Shown here in pieces: positions 1 to 9,598 of a stretch of 64,000 nt of DNA. The position numbers and the translations under genes were made by a program. The DNA comes from Bdellovibrionales bacterium (GTDB taxonomy: Bacteria; Bdellovibrionota; Bdellovibrionia; Bdellovibrionales; UBA1609), in contig OZ241911.1 of assembly GCA_965203785.1 (NCBI GenBank), forward strand, positions 548,109 through 612,108, in the 5' to 3' direction. The notes below the pieces were generated by a model. It saw only the letters and a program-made list of their open reading frames with translations. It was not told where the DNA came from and did not search any database. The first letter of the stretch is position 1. Every line of letters begins with the position of its first letter.

Positions 1-443
1 TGTTGCTGAGTTTGTGGTGGATCTTGAGTTATATCGTAGCAATTTGCAGCCGAATTTTTTACTCCTGCTACCACAGAATACGCTTCGTTTCCACTTTTTG
101 TAGAGTCATAGTTCAAATCATAATTGTTAACCCCTAGCTCTTCTGGTGTTTGCCATAATTGTACACCAGATGCATCCTTAACCACTAAGGAAATTTTAAA
201 CTCATCTGCTTTTACTTTCACACAAGCTCCATTTCCACTTAGAGTGTTATTTAGCGTCAAATGTGGTGCTTTGTGAACAATTTCTACCATTTGATTTCCC
301 CAATTTGTTCCCTTCAATGTGACTGTGTATTTTTGCTCCTCAGATGTTTGACCGCCAGGTGCCTTACTAGAGCCTTGTTTCTTTTTACAGCCCACCAAAG
401 CCAAAGCAATAAAAGTTAAACTCAATAATATCAATTTCTTCAT
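1..443 (-). CDS. Lipoprotein, hypothetical (3'-truncated by window edge; absent from ORF track)
   Basis: ATG at 443 with GGAGG RBS at 453-457; translates MKKLILLSLTFIALALVGCKKKQ..., lipobox LVGC; frame open to position 1. Confidence 0.85.
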   Translation of the reverse strand, partial: MKKLILLSLTFIALALVGCKKKQGSSKAPGGQTSEEQKYTVTLKGTNWGNQMVEIVHKAPHLTLNNTLSGNGACVKVKADEFKISLVVKDASGVQLWQTPEELGVNNYDLNYDSTKSGNEAYSVVAGVKNSAANCYDITQDPPQTQQ

Positions 444-623
444 CTTGATTATCCTCCATTTAGATTGACTAATTTTTATTTAGTTAAGCATATTTTTTTC
501 TAATCTGCAAAGTTTTATTCTGCACTGCGTTTTTTTAAATTTGTAGTTGAGAGGTGGGAAATTTATGATTTTTTAAGAAAATTTAATAATTTTAAATATT
601 TAATCTCTGTTTTTGATTAAATT

Positions 624-1109
624 TTATATATATCCATCTTCATCATCTATTGGTTCTTCATCGTTTTCAAAGGAATCCATAAAAGGATCGTCATCAGTTA
701 GTTCATGGTCCTCATCGCTTGTTTCGTGAATTTCATCGAATGAATCGTCAAAATCATCGCCATGGAGAGGAGGGGAATCGGTTTCTGTTTCTTCTAGTAG
801 GTTTTCTGGTGGGGAGTCTAAAGTGAGATCGAAAGGATTTTTAGTGGATTCTAGTTTTGAATGACTATCAGATAGAGCAGATGTTGCAGGAGTTCGGGTT
901 GTTTTTTTTAAAAGACTAGGTTTTTTACGAGATTTTGCTTTGGTAGGTTTTTTCTTTTTCTGTGTTTTAGCTTTTTGGTTTTTCTTTTTAGCACTTGTTT
1001 TCTTTTTTTTGGTGTTGGTTTGCTTTTTGGCTGTTTTTTTAGCGAGTTTTTTAGTCACCTTCTTTTTTTTAGTAGGTTTTTTCTTAGTGGGCTTTTTCTT
1101 AGTAGGCAT
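624..1109 (-). CDS. Bipolar low-complexity protein (Lys-rich histone H1-like N-half, Asp/Glu-rich C-half)
   Basis: PTKKK repeats and K/A/T-rich N-half, then a DE-rich tail; GGAGA RBS upstream. Confidence 0.7.
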   Translation of the reverse strand: MPTKKKPTKKKPTKKKKVTKKLAKKTAKKQTNTKKKKTSAKKKNQKAKTQKKKKPTKAKSRKKPSLLKKTTRTPATSALSDSHSKLESTKNPFDLTLDSPPENLLEETETDSPPLHGDDFDDSFDEIHETSDEDHELTDDDPFMDSFENDEEPIDDEDGYI

Positions 1110-1263
1110 TATTTTCTCCTTATGTAAATTCTATATAATACTTTATAATTTTAACAGTTTTCATTTTTGGATACACCTATAGAAGCTGTCAATAAGGAAT
1201 TTTTTGTTTGAAATCAAGTAAATATCTATATAATTTTATATAATTCTACATAATTTGATTGGA

Positions 1264-1269
1264 TTGACA
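1264..1269 (+). promoter_or_regulatory. Putative sigma70 -35 box upstream of clpB
   Basis: Perfect TTGACA; only a weak -10 (CATTTT, 1286-1291) just before the ATG at 1298. Confidence 0.3.
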
Positions 1270-1297
1270 AAATTTAATTCAGCTTCATTTTTATAGC

Positions 1298-3490
1298 ATG
1301 GATCGAGAAGCACAAAAAAGCCAGAAATTGCAATCCTTGGATGTATTAACTGAATTTGGCAGGGATTTGACAGCTTTGGCAGAGCAGAGCCGATTAGATC
1401 CCGTAATTGGGCGGGATATGGAAATTCGACGACTAATAGAAGTATTATCTCGTCGGACTAAAAACAATCCTGTGTTGATTGGGGAACCTGGGGTGGGAAA
1501 AACCGCCATTGCAGAGGGTTTAGCGGGTCGGATTATTCATCGAGATGTTCCTCAAGTTTTGTGGGATAAGAGAATTATCGCTTTAGATTTAGCAAGTCTT
1601 GTAGCTGGTAGTCATTTTCGGGGAGCTTTTGAGGCTCGGCTGAAAGCAGTTATTAAACAAGTCAGTGAAAGCAATGGTCAAATCATGCTCTTTATTGATG
1701 AGATACATAATTTAGTGGGAACTGGTGGACAAGCAGAAGGAGCTATGTCGGCTGGGCAGATTTTAAAACCGGAATTAGCTCGTGGAACTTTGAGAGCAAT
1801 TGGGGCTACAACTTTAGATGAATACAGAAAATTTATTGAAAAAGACAAAGCTTTAGAAAGACGCTTTCAGGTGGTGATGGTGAAAGAGCCGGATGTGCAG
1901 TCTACAATTACCATTTTAAGAGGTTTAAAAGATAAATATGAAGTGTATCATGGAGTGCGGATCAAAGATTCAGCTCTTGTTACAGCGGCTAAATTGTCTC
2001 ATCGTTATATTACAGGTCGTTTTTTACCAGACAAAGCGGTCGATCTCATTGATGAATCCGCCAGTCGTTTAAATATCGAAATCAATAGTGTGCCGACCGA
2101 AATTGACGAACTCAACCGACAAATTATGCATTTGCAGGTGGAACATAAAGCTTTAGAAAAAGAAAAAGATCGTTCTTCTATAGATCGTTTAAAGCTAGTT
2201 AAAAAAGAACTTAATGATTTGAAACAAAAATGCATAAAATTGCAATCTCAATGGGGTGAGGAAAAAAAATGGATTTCGGAGTTAAAAAAAATTAAATCAG
2301 AAGTTGAAAAACAGAGAGTGGAAATGGAGAAAGCAGAACGTGATGGTCGTTTAGACGAAGTGGCTAAATTCAAATATGGCACATTACCTGAATTAGAAAA
2401 AAAACTCCAATCGTACCAGAAATCTAAGTCTAATCAGTCTCATCAATTATTAAACGAAGAAGTGGGACCAGAAGAAATAGCTAGTGCGGTGTCTCATTGG
2501 ACGGGTATTCCAGTTAGTCGAATTTTAGAATCGGAATCGCGTAAATTGACTGACATGGAAAATCAGCTCAGCTCGCAAGTTGTTGGGCAAGATCATGCGA
2601 TTTCTGCTTTGTCGGGGGCTATTCGTAGGTCTCGGGCAGGTATTTCTGATCCCAACCGTCCGATTGGTAGTTTTATCTTCTTAGGTCCAACTGGGGTGGG
2701 TAAAACACAGACAGTTCGTTCTTTGGCAAATTTTTTGTTTAACTCTAAAGATGCTTTAATCCGCTTAGATATGAGTGAGTATATGGAAAAACATCAAGTT
2801 TCGCGTTTAATTGGTGCTCCTCCTGGTTATGTAGGGCATGAGGAAGGAGGGCAGTTGACAGAAGCGGTTCGTAGACAACCTTATAGTGTAGTGTTGTTAG
2901 ACGAAATCGAAAAAGCTCATCCAGAAGTGTCTCTTCTTCTTTTACAAGTTTTAGATGATGGACATCTAACTGATTCTCAAGGTCGGACCATTGATTTTAA
3001 AAATACAGTTTTAATTATGACTTCTAACATTCGCCCCAATGTTTCTATGTCGGCTCATAGTGATTCGGCTAATAATGGGGATGAGGATAGAGCCAAAACA
3101 CTTGATAGGATTAAAACACAAGAACAAATTAGAAAAGATTTGCAAAAATATTTTAAACCAGAATTTTTAAATCGTGTGGATGAGATTCTTTTATTTCGTT
3201 CTCTCACTAAGGAGCATATTAAAAAAATTGTTCAAATACAGATTAAGGATGTGCAAAACAGATTGCAAGAAAAGTACATTCATCTCAAATTGGATAAAAA
3301 AGCAATTGCATGGTTAGCTCACAGGGGGTTTGACCCCGATTACGGTGCAAGACCTCTAAAAAGAATTTTACATAAAGAGCTATTGAATCCTGTAGCGGAT
3401 CAAATAATCTCTGGTCAGTTGGAAGAAGGAAGTTTGGTAAAAGTAACGGCTAACGATTTAAACCTAGAAATAATTGTTAAAAAGAATTAA
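1298..3490 (+). CDS. clpB: ATP-dependent disaggregase ClpB lacking the Clp N-terminal domain
   Basis: Two AAA+ modules ([15 protein letters not shown]; [17 protein letters not shown]), coiled-coil middle domain, PPGYVG pore loop, YGARPL. Confidence 0.95.
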   Translation: MDREAQKSQKLQSLDVLTEFGRDLTALAEQSRLDPVIGRDMEIRRLIEVLSRRTKNNPVLIGEPGVGKTAIAEGLAGRIIHRDVPQVLWDKRIIALDLASLVAGSHFRGAFEARLKAVIKQVSESNGQIMLFIDEIHNLVGTGGQAEGAMSAGQILKPELARGTLRAIGATTLDEYRKFIEKDKALERRFQVVMVKEPDVQSTITILRGLKDKYEVYHGVRIKDSALVTAAKLSHRYITGRFLPDKAVDLIDESASRLNIEINSVPTEIDELNRQIMHLQVEHKALEKEKDRSSIDRLKLVKKELNDLKQKCIKLQSQWGEEKKWISELKKIKSEVEKQRVEMEKAERDGRLDEVAKFKYGTLPELEKKLQSYQKSKSNQSHQLLNEEVGPEEIASAVSHWTGIPVSRILESESRKLTDMENQLSSQVVGQDHAISALSGAIRRSRAGISDPNRPIGSFIFLGPTGVGKTQTVRSLANFLFNSKDALIRLDMSEYMEKHQVSRLIGAPPGYVGHEEGGQLTEAVRRQPYSVVLLDEIEKAHPEVSLLLLQVLDDGHLTDSQGRTIDFKNTVLIMTSNIRPNVSMSAHSDSANNGDEDRAKTLDRIKTQEQIRKDLQKYFKPEFLNRVDEILLFRSLTKEHIKKIVQIQIKDVQNRLQEKYIHLKLDKKAIAWLAHRGFDPDYGARPLKRILHKELLNPVADQIISGQLEEGSLVKVTANDLNLEIIVKKN

Positions 3491-3505
3491 GGTTTTCTAC
3501 TTATT

Positions 3506-4291
3506 ATGTTTAGTGGGATTGTTAAAAAAGTAGAGCCCATTGTAGGGGTTCGATCTTGTGGAAGAGAGCTAAAAATTCAGGTGCGTCGTCCGCAAATGAA
3601 GTGTTTTTCTAATCTCAAACTTGGAGAAAGTGTAGCAGTGGATGGTGTTTGTTTAACTTTAGAAAAACTTTCCTCAAAAATGATGCAATTTCATTTGGGA
3701 GAGGAGACTTTAAACATAACAGGTTCTATCTATTGGAAACAAAAAAACCGCCTAATTAACTTAGAATTACCTCTCAGAATGGGTCAGTTTGTGGGGGGTC
3801 ATTTTGTGAGTGGACATATTGATGGCATGGCTCAAATAATAAGTGTGCAAAGAGCCAATCAGGTAGTGAGATCAAAAAAAGCTAGAAGTGTTCGAAATTT
3901 TATGAAGAGCGGAAGTTTTGTAATAGAATTAAAATTGCCAAATAAATTTAAAGATTTTTTTTGGAACAAATGTTTTATCGCCCTCAATGGAGTAAGTCTC
4001 ACTGTGAATAAAGTGATAAAAAATAAACTATCTGTTTGTTTAATACCAGAGACTTTAAAGTGTACTAATTTAGGGAGTATTGTAGAAAGCATGCTCGACA
4101 CTGACCAAGCGAATAGTAAAATTTTTAGTGCTGGTAAAGTTTCGGGTTTTGGCAGTGCTAAAAATAAAGATAAAGATAAAACAATAACAAAAATTAACGG
4201 TTTTGTAACTTTTGGGGTGGATCCTCTATCTCGAGCGGTGGTTTCTGTGTTAAAAAACCAGAAAGCGTTTCGTTCTATAGAGGGAGATTAG
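3506..4291 (+). CDS. ribE: Riboflavin synthase (alpha chain)
   Basis: N-terminal MFSGIV, GESVAVDGVCLT, GGHFVSGHIDG, IALNGVSLTV. Confidence 0.93.
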   Translation: MFSGIVKKVEPIVGVRSCGRELKIQVRRPQMKCFSNLKLGESVAVDGVCLTLEKLSSKMMQFHLGEETLNITGSIYWKQKNRLINLELPLRMGQFVGGHFVSGHIDGMAQIISVQRANQVVRSKKARSVRNFMKSGSFVIELKLPNKFKDFFWNKCFIALNGVSLTVNKVIKNKLSVCLIPETLKCTNLGSIVESMLDTDQANSKIFSAGKVSGFGSAKNKDKDKTITKINGFVTFGVDPLSRAVVSVLKNQKAFRSIEGD

Positions 4292-4294
4292 GTT

Positions 4295-5425
4295 ATGTCG
4301 TTTCATACTGTACCAGAGCTGATTGCCGATTTAAAAATTGGTAAAATGGTGGTGATTGTAGATGATGAAAACAGAGAAAACGAAGGTGATTTGGTATTAG
4401 CAACTGATTTTGTCACTCCGAAGGCTATTAATTTTATGTCATGTCGAGCTCGTGGTTTAATTTGTGTAGCCTTAGCTTACGATCAAGTCAAAAAGTTGGG
4501 ACTGAATTTAATGGTAGCACACGAGCAAAACCGTGCCGCCAATAAAACGGCTTTTACAGTTAGTGTGGAAGCAGCACATGGGGTGTCTACGGGTATTTCT
4601 GCCGCCGATCGTGCACAAACTATTAAGGTGGTGTCTAATCCAAATGCTCAGTCGAACGATATTATTTCTCCGGGTCATATTTTCCCTATTCGTTCTCATA
4701 AGGGAGGAGTGTTAAAGCGGGCTGGTCATACAGAAGCGGGAGTGGATTTATGTCGCTTGGCGGGCTTAAACCCATCAGCTGTCATTTGTGAGATTATTAA
4801 CGAAGACGGTAGTATGGCACGCACTGGGGATTTAAAAAAATTTGCTGAAAAACACAAAATAAAAATTGGTACCATCGAGGACCTCATCCGCCATCGCATT
4901 ACACATGAAAGTTTTGTAGAAGAAAAGGCAAAAGCTCCTTTTGTGTCCAGTGTGTGTCAGGGGTTTACGATACATTCTTTTGTAGATACGATTCATAATC
5001 GTGAACATTTGGTTTTGTCTAAAGGGGTAGTTGATGACGGACAACCCGTATTGGTTCGGGTGCATTTGGCTTGTGTTACGGGAGATGTATTTGGTGGATG
5101 TATTACCCAGAGCGGGGATTATCTGCAAGCTTCTTTGCAAAAAATTAATCGAGTAGGGCGAGGAGTTTTAATTTATTTGTGTTTAGAAAACACAACTCAT
5201 CAGCTCACCAACCGTGTGCAGTCTTATTTAGAGACAAATAAACAACTAACAGTTATGGATAAAAAAGATTATGGGATAGGGGCACAAATTTTACGAACAC
5301 TTGGAGTATCGAAGTTGCGTTTATTGACAAATTCGCCCGCCCGTCCACCCGGTTTAAAAGGCTACGGCTTAGAAATTATAGAAACCATTCCGATAAAACT
5401 CTCCAAAACAGATGGAATAAAATAA
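4295..5425 (+). CDS. ribB: 3,4-dihydroxy-2-butanone-4-phosphate synthase fused to a degenerate GTP cyclohydrolase II-like domain (RibBX type)
   Basis: DDENRENEGDL, GISAADRA, PGHIFP, RAGHTEA, VICEI; the C-terminal domain lacks the full Zn-binding Cys set. Confidence 0.9.
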   Translation: MSFHTVPELIADLKIGKMVVIVDDENRENEGDLVLATDFVTPKAINFMSCRARGLICVALAYDQVKKLGLNLMVAHEQNRAANKTAFTVSVEAAHGVSTGISAADRAQTIKVVSNPNAQSNDIISPGHIFPIRSHKGGVLKRAGHTEAGVDLCRLAGLNPSAVICEIINEDGSMARTGDLKKFAEKHKIKIGTIEDLIRHRITHESFVEEKAKAPFVSSVCQGFTIHSFVDTIHNREHLVLSKGVVDDGQPVLVRVHLACVTGDVFGGCITQSGDYLQASLQKINRVGRGVLIYLCLENTTHQLTNRVQSYLETNKQLTVMDKKDYGIGAQILRTLGVSKLRLLTNSPARPPGLKGYGLEIIETIPIKLSKTDGIK

Positions 5426-5429
5426 ATAA

Positions 5430-5912
5430 ATGGCAAGCAATAAAATATCAGATAAAATGGTAGATACAAAAAAAACAATTGCAGAAGAAATAGGCATAGT
5501 GAGTGCTGTTTTTAATACTCGCATCCACCAGCTTTTAAAAGCAGGTGCTTTAGATGAGTTAAAAAAAGCACAGGTACAAAGTTTTAAGTGGATAGAGGTG
5601 CCGGGTGTGGTAGAAATTCCTTTAACGGCAAAGTGGTTATTTCAAAAAAACTGCCAAGTGGTGATTGCTTTAGGTTGTGTCATCCGAGGGGAGACAGATC
5701 ATTTTCACTCTTGTTGTCGGTTAGTGGAGCAAGGTTGTATGGATGTGCAGTTAAGAGCCAATCGCCCTTTAATTTTTGGTGTGTTGATGACAAACAATGA
5801 AACTCAGGCTTTGGCAAGATCGGGTGGTAAAAAGGGGCATATTGGTCGATCGTCTGTTCGCAGTGCTTTAAAAATGCTTCAGATCAAAAAAAAAATAGCT
5901 GACAATTATTAA
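5430..5912 (+). CDS. ribH: 6,7-dimethyl-8-ribityllumazine synthase
   Basis: VPGVVEIP, IALGCVIRGETDHF, PLIFGVL, QALARSGG. Confidence 0.93.
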   Translation: MASNKISDKMVDTKKTIAEEIGIVSAVFNTRIHQLLKAGALDELKKAQVQSFKWIEVPGVVEIPLTAKWLFQKNCQVVIALGCVIRGETDHFHSCCRLVEQGCMDVQLRANRPLIFGVLMTNNETQALARSGGKKGHIGRSSVRSALKMLQIKKKIADNY

Positions 5913-5935
5913 ATAATTAATTAAGAGGGGTATTT

Positions 5936-6736
5936 TTGATGAAGTCTTTATTAGTGAGCATTCCCCATAGTGGGGAACAAGTGGGAGAAGAGGCCGACTG
6001 GTTAAAAAATCTACCAGAGGCAACTTTAATGTGTGATGTCGACCGATTTGTGGACAAGCTGTATCAGCCGGTACTTAATCAATTAAAGATACCCCATGTG
6101 ATTACTCCTTGGCATCGCTACATGGTGGACTGCAATCGATGGCCAGAAGATGTGGATTGTGATTCAGTAGAAGGGGCTGTGCATCCAGCAGGTACGCATC
6201 CAACGGGACTGCATTGGAGGTTGACGACAACGGGGTTTAAACTTATTAAAAAACCTTTAGCACATAGTTTGCATCAAAAAATTGTGGACAAATATTATCA
6301 TCCTTTTTTTAAAAAAATTGATGCCATTTATCAAAACTTTCGTCAGTTAGATGCTTCAAACATTTATCATTTAGATTTACATACAATGCCTTCGATGGGA
6401 ACCAAAGCACATAGAGATCCGGGTTGCTTGCGAGCAGATATTATTATTGGCACAGTTAAGGGAACCACTGCTGGTGAAGCATGGACAAAGCAAGTGGTAT
6501 CTGCTTATAAAGCACAAGCTTTAAGTGTAGAAGTTAATTTTCCCTATTATGGAGGAAGTGTGGTGCAAAAATATGGTCACCCACAAAAAGGTGTGCAAGC
6601 TATTATGATAGAGATCAATCGCCAATTGTATATGGATGAAGTTAGTAAGCAATGGATAGCTGAAAAAGCACAAGCTCTTCAACTCAAACTGACAAAAGCG
6701 ATTTCTCAAATTTATAATAAAATAAATGATGGATAG
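5936..6736 (+). CDS. hutG: N-formylglutamate amidohydrolase family protein
   Basis: SIPHSG, DVDRFVDKLY, RYMVDCNR, DLHTMPS, NFPYYGG, MIEINRQLY. Confidence 0.85.
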   Translation: MMKSLLVSIPHSGEQVGEEADWLKNLPEATLMCDVDRFVDKLYQPVLNQLKIPHVITPWHRYMVDCNRWPEDVDCDSVEGAVHPAGTHPTGLHWRLTTTGFKLIKKPLAHSLHQKIVDKYYHPFFKKIDAIYQNFRQLDASNIYHLDLHTMPSMGTKAHRDPGCLRADIIIGTVKGTTAGEAWTKQVVSAYKAQALSVEVNFPYYGGSVVQKYGHPQKGVQAIMIEINRQLYMDEVSKQWIAEKAQALQLKLTKAISQIYNKINDG

Positions 6737-6786
6737 ATTTTATGCTATTTAATTTCTTTAGTTTAGCTGGTTGGTCAAAGCATTGG

Positions 6787-7815
6787 TCAAAGCATAATAA
6801 AGATTTCGTCAACAATTTTTAATTTTTCTCTTAAAAACATTAATTTTTCGTTTTTTAATGTTATATCTCTTTCAACTTGGTTAGTAATAGGTGAATGAGA
6901 ATCTTGTGCTTCTTTTTTTTCTTTAATAAGTCCTAAAAGGAGACGTTTTGTATTATCTATTTCTGTTTGTATTTTATTTGTTTGATCCATTAAATAATCT
7001 ATTTGCTGATCTTTTGTATAGCTTTTTTTTAGTTTCTCAATGAGAGTTTCAGCGTAACGTTGGAGTTGTGGAATAGCTTGTAATTTTGTAAGAGCATGTA
7101 GTTTTGAATTTTCTTCTAATTTGAGTGATTCTTTTGTTTCTATATTTTGATTCATGTGTGGTTCTTGCTCTGTGTTTGTTTGTGTATTAGGTTCTGGTTG
7201 ATTTTCTTTTTCTTTTATTTGTTCTACTTCTATTTTTTTATTCACATCATCTGGTTTTTTTTGGTTTTCTTTTTCTATAATGGCATTAACTCTTTGACTA
7301 ATTACATACAAGGCAATATGCCCTAATACTTTTTGTGTCCCTCTGGTTGTTTTAGATAAGAGATCAGTTCCAGGATAGTGGAGGTTTAAAAAGTCGTTCC
7401 ATTCTTTTTTTGTCTGATCTAAAGATTCAGCCCGGGTGGCTTGAACAACCATATTGTTTTTTCTCTTTTCTTTTTCTGCATGTATCCAATCAGGTAACCA
7501 GTATTCTTCAGATTCTTCTATCCATTTTTCAGATTTGTGTATCCATGTATCATTTTTTGTAGAGAATTTATTCACTAGATTTTTTACAAGTATGAGAAGT
7601 TTTCTTAATTTATTTCGATAGTAGTTTTTTGGCTGGTCTAAGTATAGGTCTGGTGCAGAAAATGCTTTTTTACATTCTTTTGTCACTCGCTCGGATACTC
7701 GTTTCGATAAAGGTGGTTTATGATCAGGATTGACATTATCGGCAACAGCGTGTGTTGACACTAAACAAAATAGACATAAAGTTACAGCTCTTGTCAAATT
7801 TTTATAAGTGATCAT
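6787..7815 (-). CDS. Secreted coiled-coil hypothetical protein with CxxxF motif
   Basis: Signal peptide (..THAVA|DN), ECKKAF, helical K/E/Q-rich body; GGAG RBS. Confidence 0.75.
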   Translation of the reverse strand: MITYKNLTRAVTLCLFCLVSTHAVADNVNPDHKPPLSKRVSERVTKECKKAFSAPDLYLDQPKNYYRNKLRKLLILVKNLVNKFSTKNDTWIHKSEKWIEESEEYWLPDWIHAEKEKRKNNMVVQATRAESLDQTKKEWNDFLNLHYPGTDLLSKTTRGTQKVLGHIALYVISQRVNAIIEKENQKKPDDVNKKIEVEQIKEKENQPEPNTQTNTEQEPHMNQNIETKESLKLEENSKLHALTKLQAIPQLQRYAETLIEKLKKSYTKDQQIDYLMDQTNKIQTEIDNTKRLLLGLIKEKKEAQDSHSPITNQVERDITLKNEKLMFLREKLKIVDEIFIML

Positions 7816-8013
7816 TTTACATTGACTCCTTTAGATTAATAGATTAAATCGGTTCCTTAATTTAATTGTATTAAAAAATATTTATTTTTTTTAACAGCAT
7901 TTCTCTAACAATGCAACTACCATTAATTAAAGTAAGGTGAATACAAAATCAAACGATAAATAAATTGCGTGTAATTTTTACAATTTTTTATTTTTCCCCC
8001 ACTTTTTTAATTT

Positions 8014-8033
8014 ATTCTTGCCATTTTAATTGA
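8014..8033 (+). promoter_or_regulatory. Conserved upstream motif shared by the 8157 and 9599 genes (copy 1)
   Basis: ATTCTTGCCATTTTAATTGA versus ATTCTTGCTATTTTAATTGA at 9474-9493 (19/20 identical); contains a -35-like TTGCCA. Confidence 0.45.
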
Positions 8034-8156
8034 TGGAATGTATTTTTTTATAAAAAAATAAGAATTAAGTTTGTTTTTAAACTTAAAATTCTTAAATTTT
8101 ATTTTTTATTTCAAACGATATTTGTTTAAATAATTTGATCTCTAGGGGGGTTTGTT

Positions 8157-9347
8157 ATGAAGTATTTTTCTAGTTTATTGTTTATTATGTTGTTAGTTTT
8201 TTCGGCATTTAGTTTTGGAGAAGATGTCGAACCCAAAGGTTTATCTAAAGGTTTTAGTAACTCAGTAAAAAATTTTAAAGCTTCATTAAGTGCAAAAGGT
8301 GCCTCGTTGAAGCAAAAAGGTCAAAATTTTAAGCAAGTTTGCAGAAAATCTTTTGGCATCGATTTTATTGCTAATCAGAAACAAAAAAGAAATCAAAAAA
8401 AACAACAAAAAATGGAAAAATTGCGTATTGAAACCAATTTACGGATGAGCTACAGGGACGATCCAAGTTTACATTTGATTTGGGATCAATATTTAAATCT
8501 TCAAAATCAAGTTGATATCAAAAATAATATGTTGACTCAAGTGAGACTAACTCCCAATCTCTCTGATTCCGATCTCTCTCATGTGGCTTCTCTAAAAATA
8601 GAAACATTAGAAAGAGTACTCGAAGAAGCTAAAAATAATTTATCTTCTTTTGAAGCTGAATTTAGTGTGGAACTCAGTAAGATCAAACCTCTACATGAGA
8701 AATATAAACAATTTACTTCTCTTCAAAAGATATATGATGATTATAATAATTTGATTAAAAAGTATGACGACATTCATGTTACTGATTCGACAATATTAAA
8801 ATTTATTGGGTCTAAAATTTCGGAACGCAAACAATATATTCAAAAATTAACAAAAAAATTAGACAATCTTGTACAAAAAAAGCACAATTTAAAATTGGAT
8901 ATAGAGCTTGTCAAACAAGCATTGTTTTTAGAAGAACTCAACTTGCAAGATATTAAACGGTTAATCGGTTACAATGTGGATCCAAATTTGATTAAACAAA
9001 ATAATGACACTCAATTCTTTCAAACTTTTCATTTTCTTTTTTCAGCTATTACAACAAAAAAAGCAGCTATTACAACAAAAGAAGAAAAACCTGATGGTCA
9101 ATTTAACCAGTTAGAGGATCAGAATAAAACTTCCTCTGTAGAAGAACAGGAGATTGATATCAGAGAACAAGAAAGAGAACAAGAAAGAGAATGGGATGAA
9201 GAAAAAAAATTGGATGAAAGGTTTGAAAGAGAAGAGGAAGCAGATAGGTTAAAGGAAGAAAGGTTAGCAAAAGAAGAAGATGAAAGGTTAAACAGAGAAA
9301 GAGACAAACAATCAGGGAAAGAAATAGTAATAAGAGAAGAAATATAA
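8157..9347 (+). CDS. Secreted coiled-coil hypothetical protein with CxxxF motif
   Basis: Signal peptide, VCRKSF..FIANQKQK, E/R-rich C-terminus. Confidence 0.8.
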   Translation: MKYFSSLLFIMLLVFSAFSFGEDVEPKGLSKGFSNSVKNFKASLSAKGASLKQKGQNFKQVCRKSFGIDFIANQKQKRNQKKQQKMEKLRIETNLRMSYRDDPSLHLIWDQYLNLQNQVDIKNNMLTQVRLTPNLSDSDLSHVASLKIETLERVLEEAKNNLSSFEAEFSVELSKIKPLHEKYKQFTSLQKIYDDYNNLIKKYDDIHVTDSTILKFIGSKISERKQYIQKLTKKLDNLVQKKHNLKLDIELVKQALFLEELNLQDIKRLIGYNVDPNLIKQNNDTQFFQTFHFLFSAITTKKAAITTKEEKPDGQFNQLEDQNKTSSVEEQEIDIREQEREQEREWDEEKKLDERFEREEEADRLKEERLAKEEDERLNRERDKQSGKEIVIREEI

Positions 9348-9473
9348 ACTTATGAAAAAGCTTATTTAGCTACCGTAAAAATTAAACATTATTGTTAATA
9401 ATATAGTGACCTAGTGTAAAAATTTCAATTCATTGTAAAATTTTCACTATTGTTTTAGATTCTTTTGTAAGAT

Positions 9474-9493
9474 ATTCTTGCTATTTTAATTGA
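9474..9493 (+). promoter_or_regulatory. Conserved upstream motif (copy 2)
   Basis: Matches 8014-8033. Confidence 0.45.
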
Positions 9494-9598
9494 GAAAGTA
9501 TAAAGAAAAGTATTAAAGAATTGAGGAATATAAAAAAACAAGCTTGTTGTTTTTAAAGCTTAGTTACAAAATGAGTTATTTTTAGGAGGTTTATTGTT

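Noticed and set aside
940-1182. 80-aa Phe/Leu-rich ORF that looks like a membrane protein
   Set aside because: Antisense shadow of the Lys-rich gene (AAA codons read as TTT)
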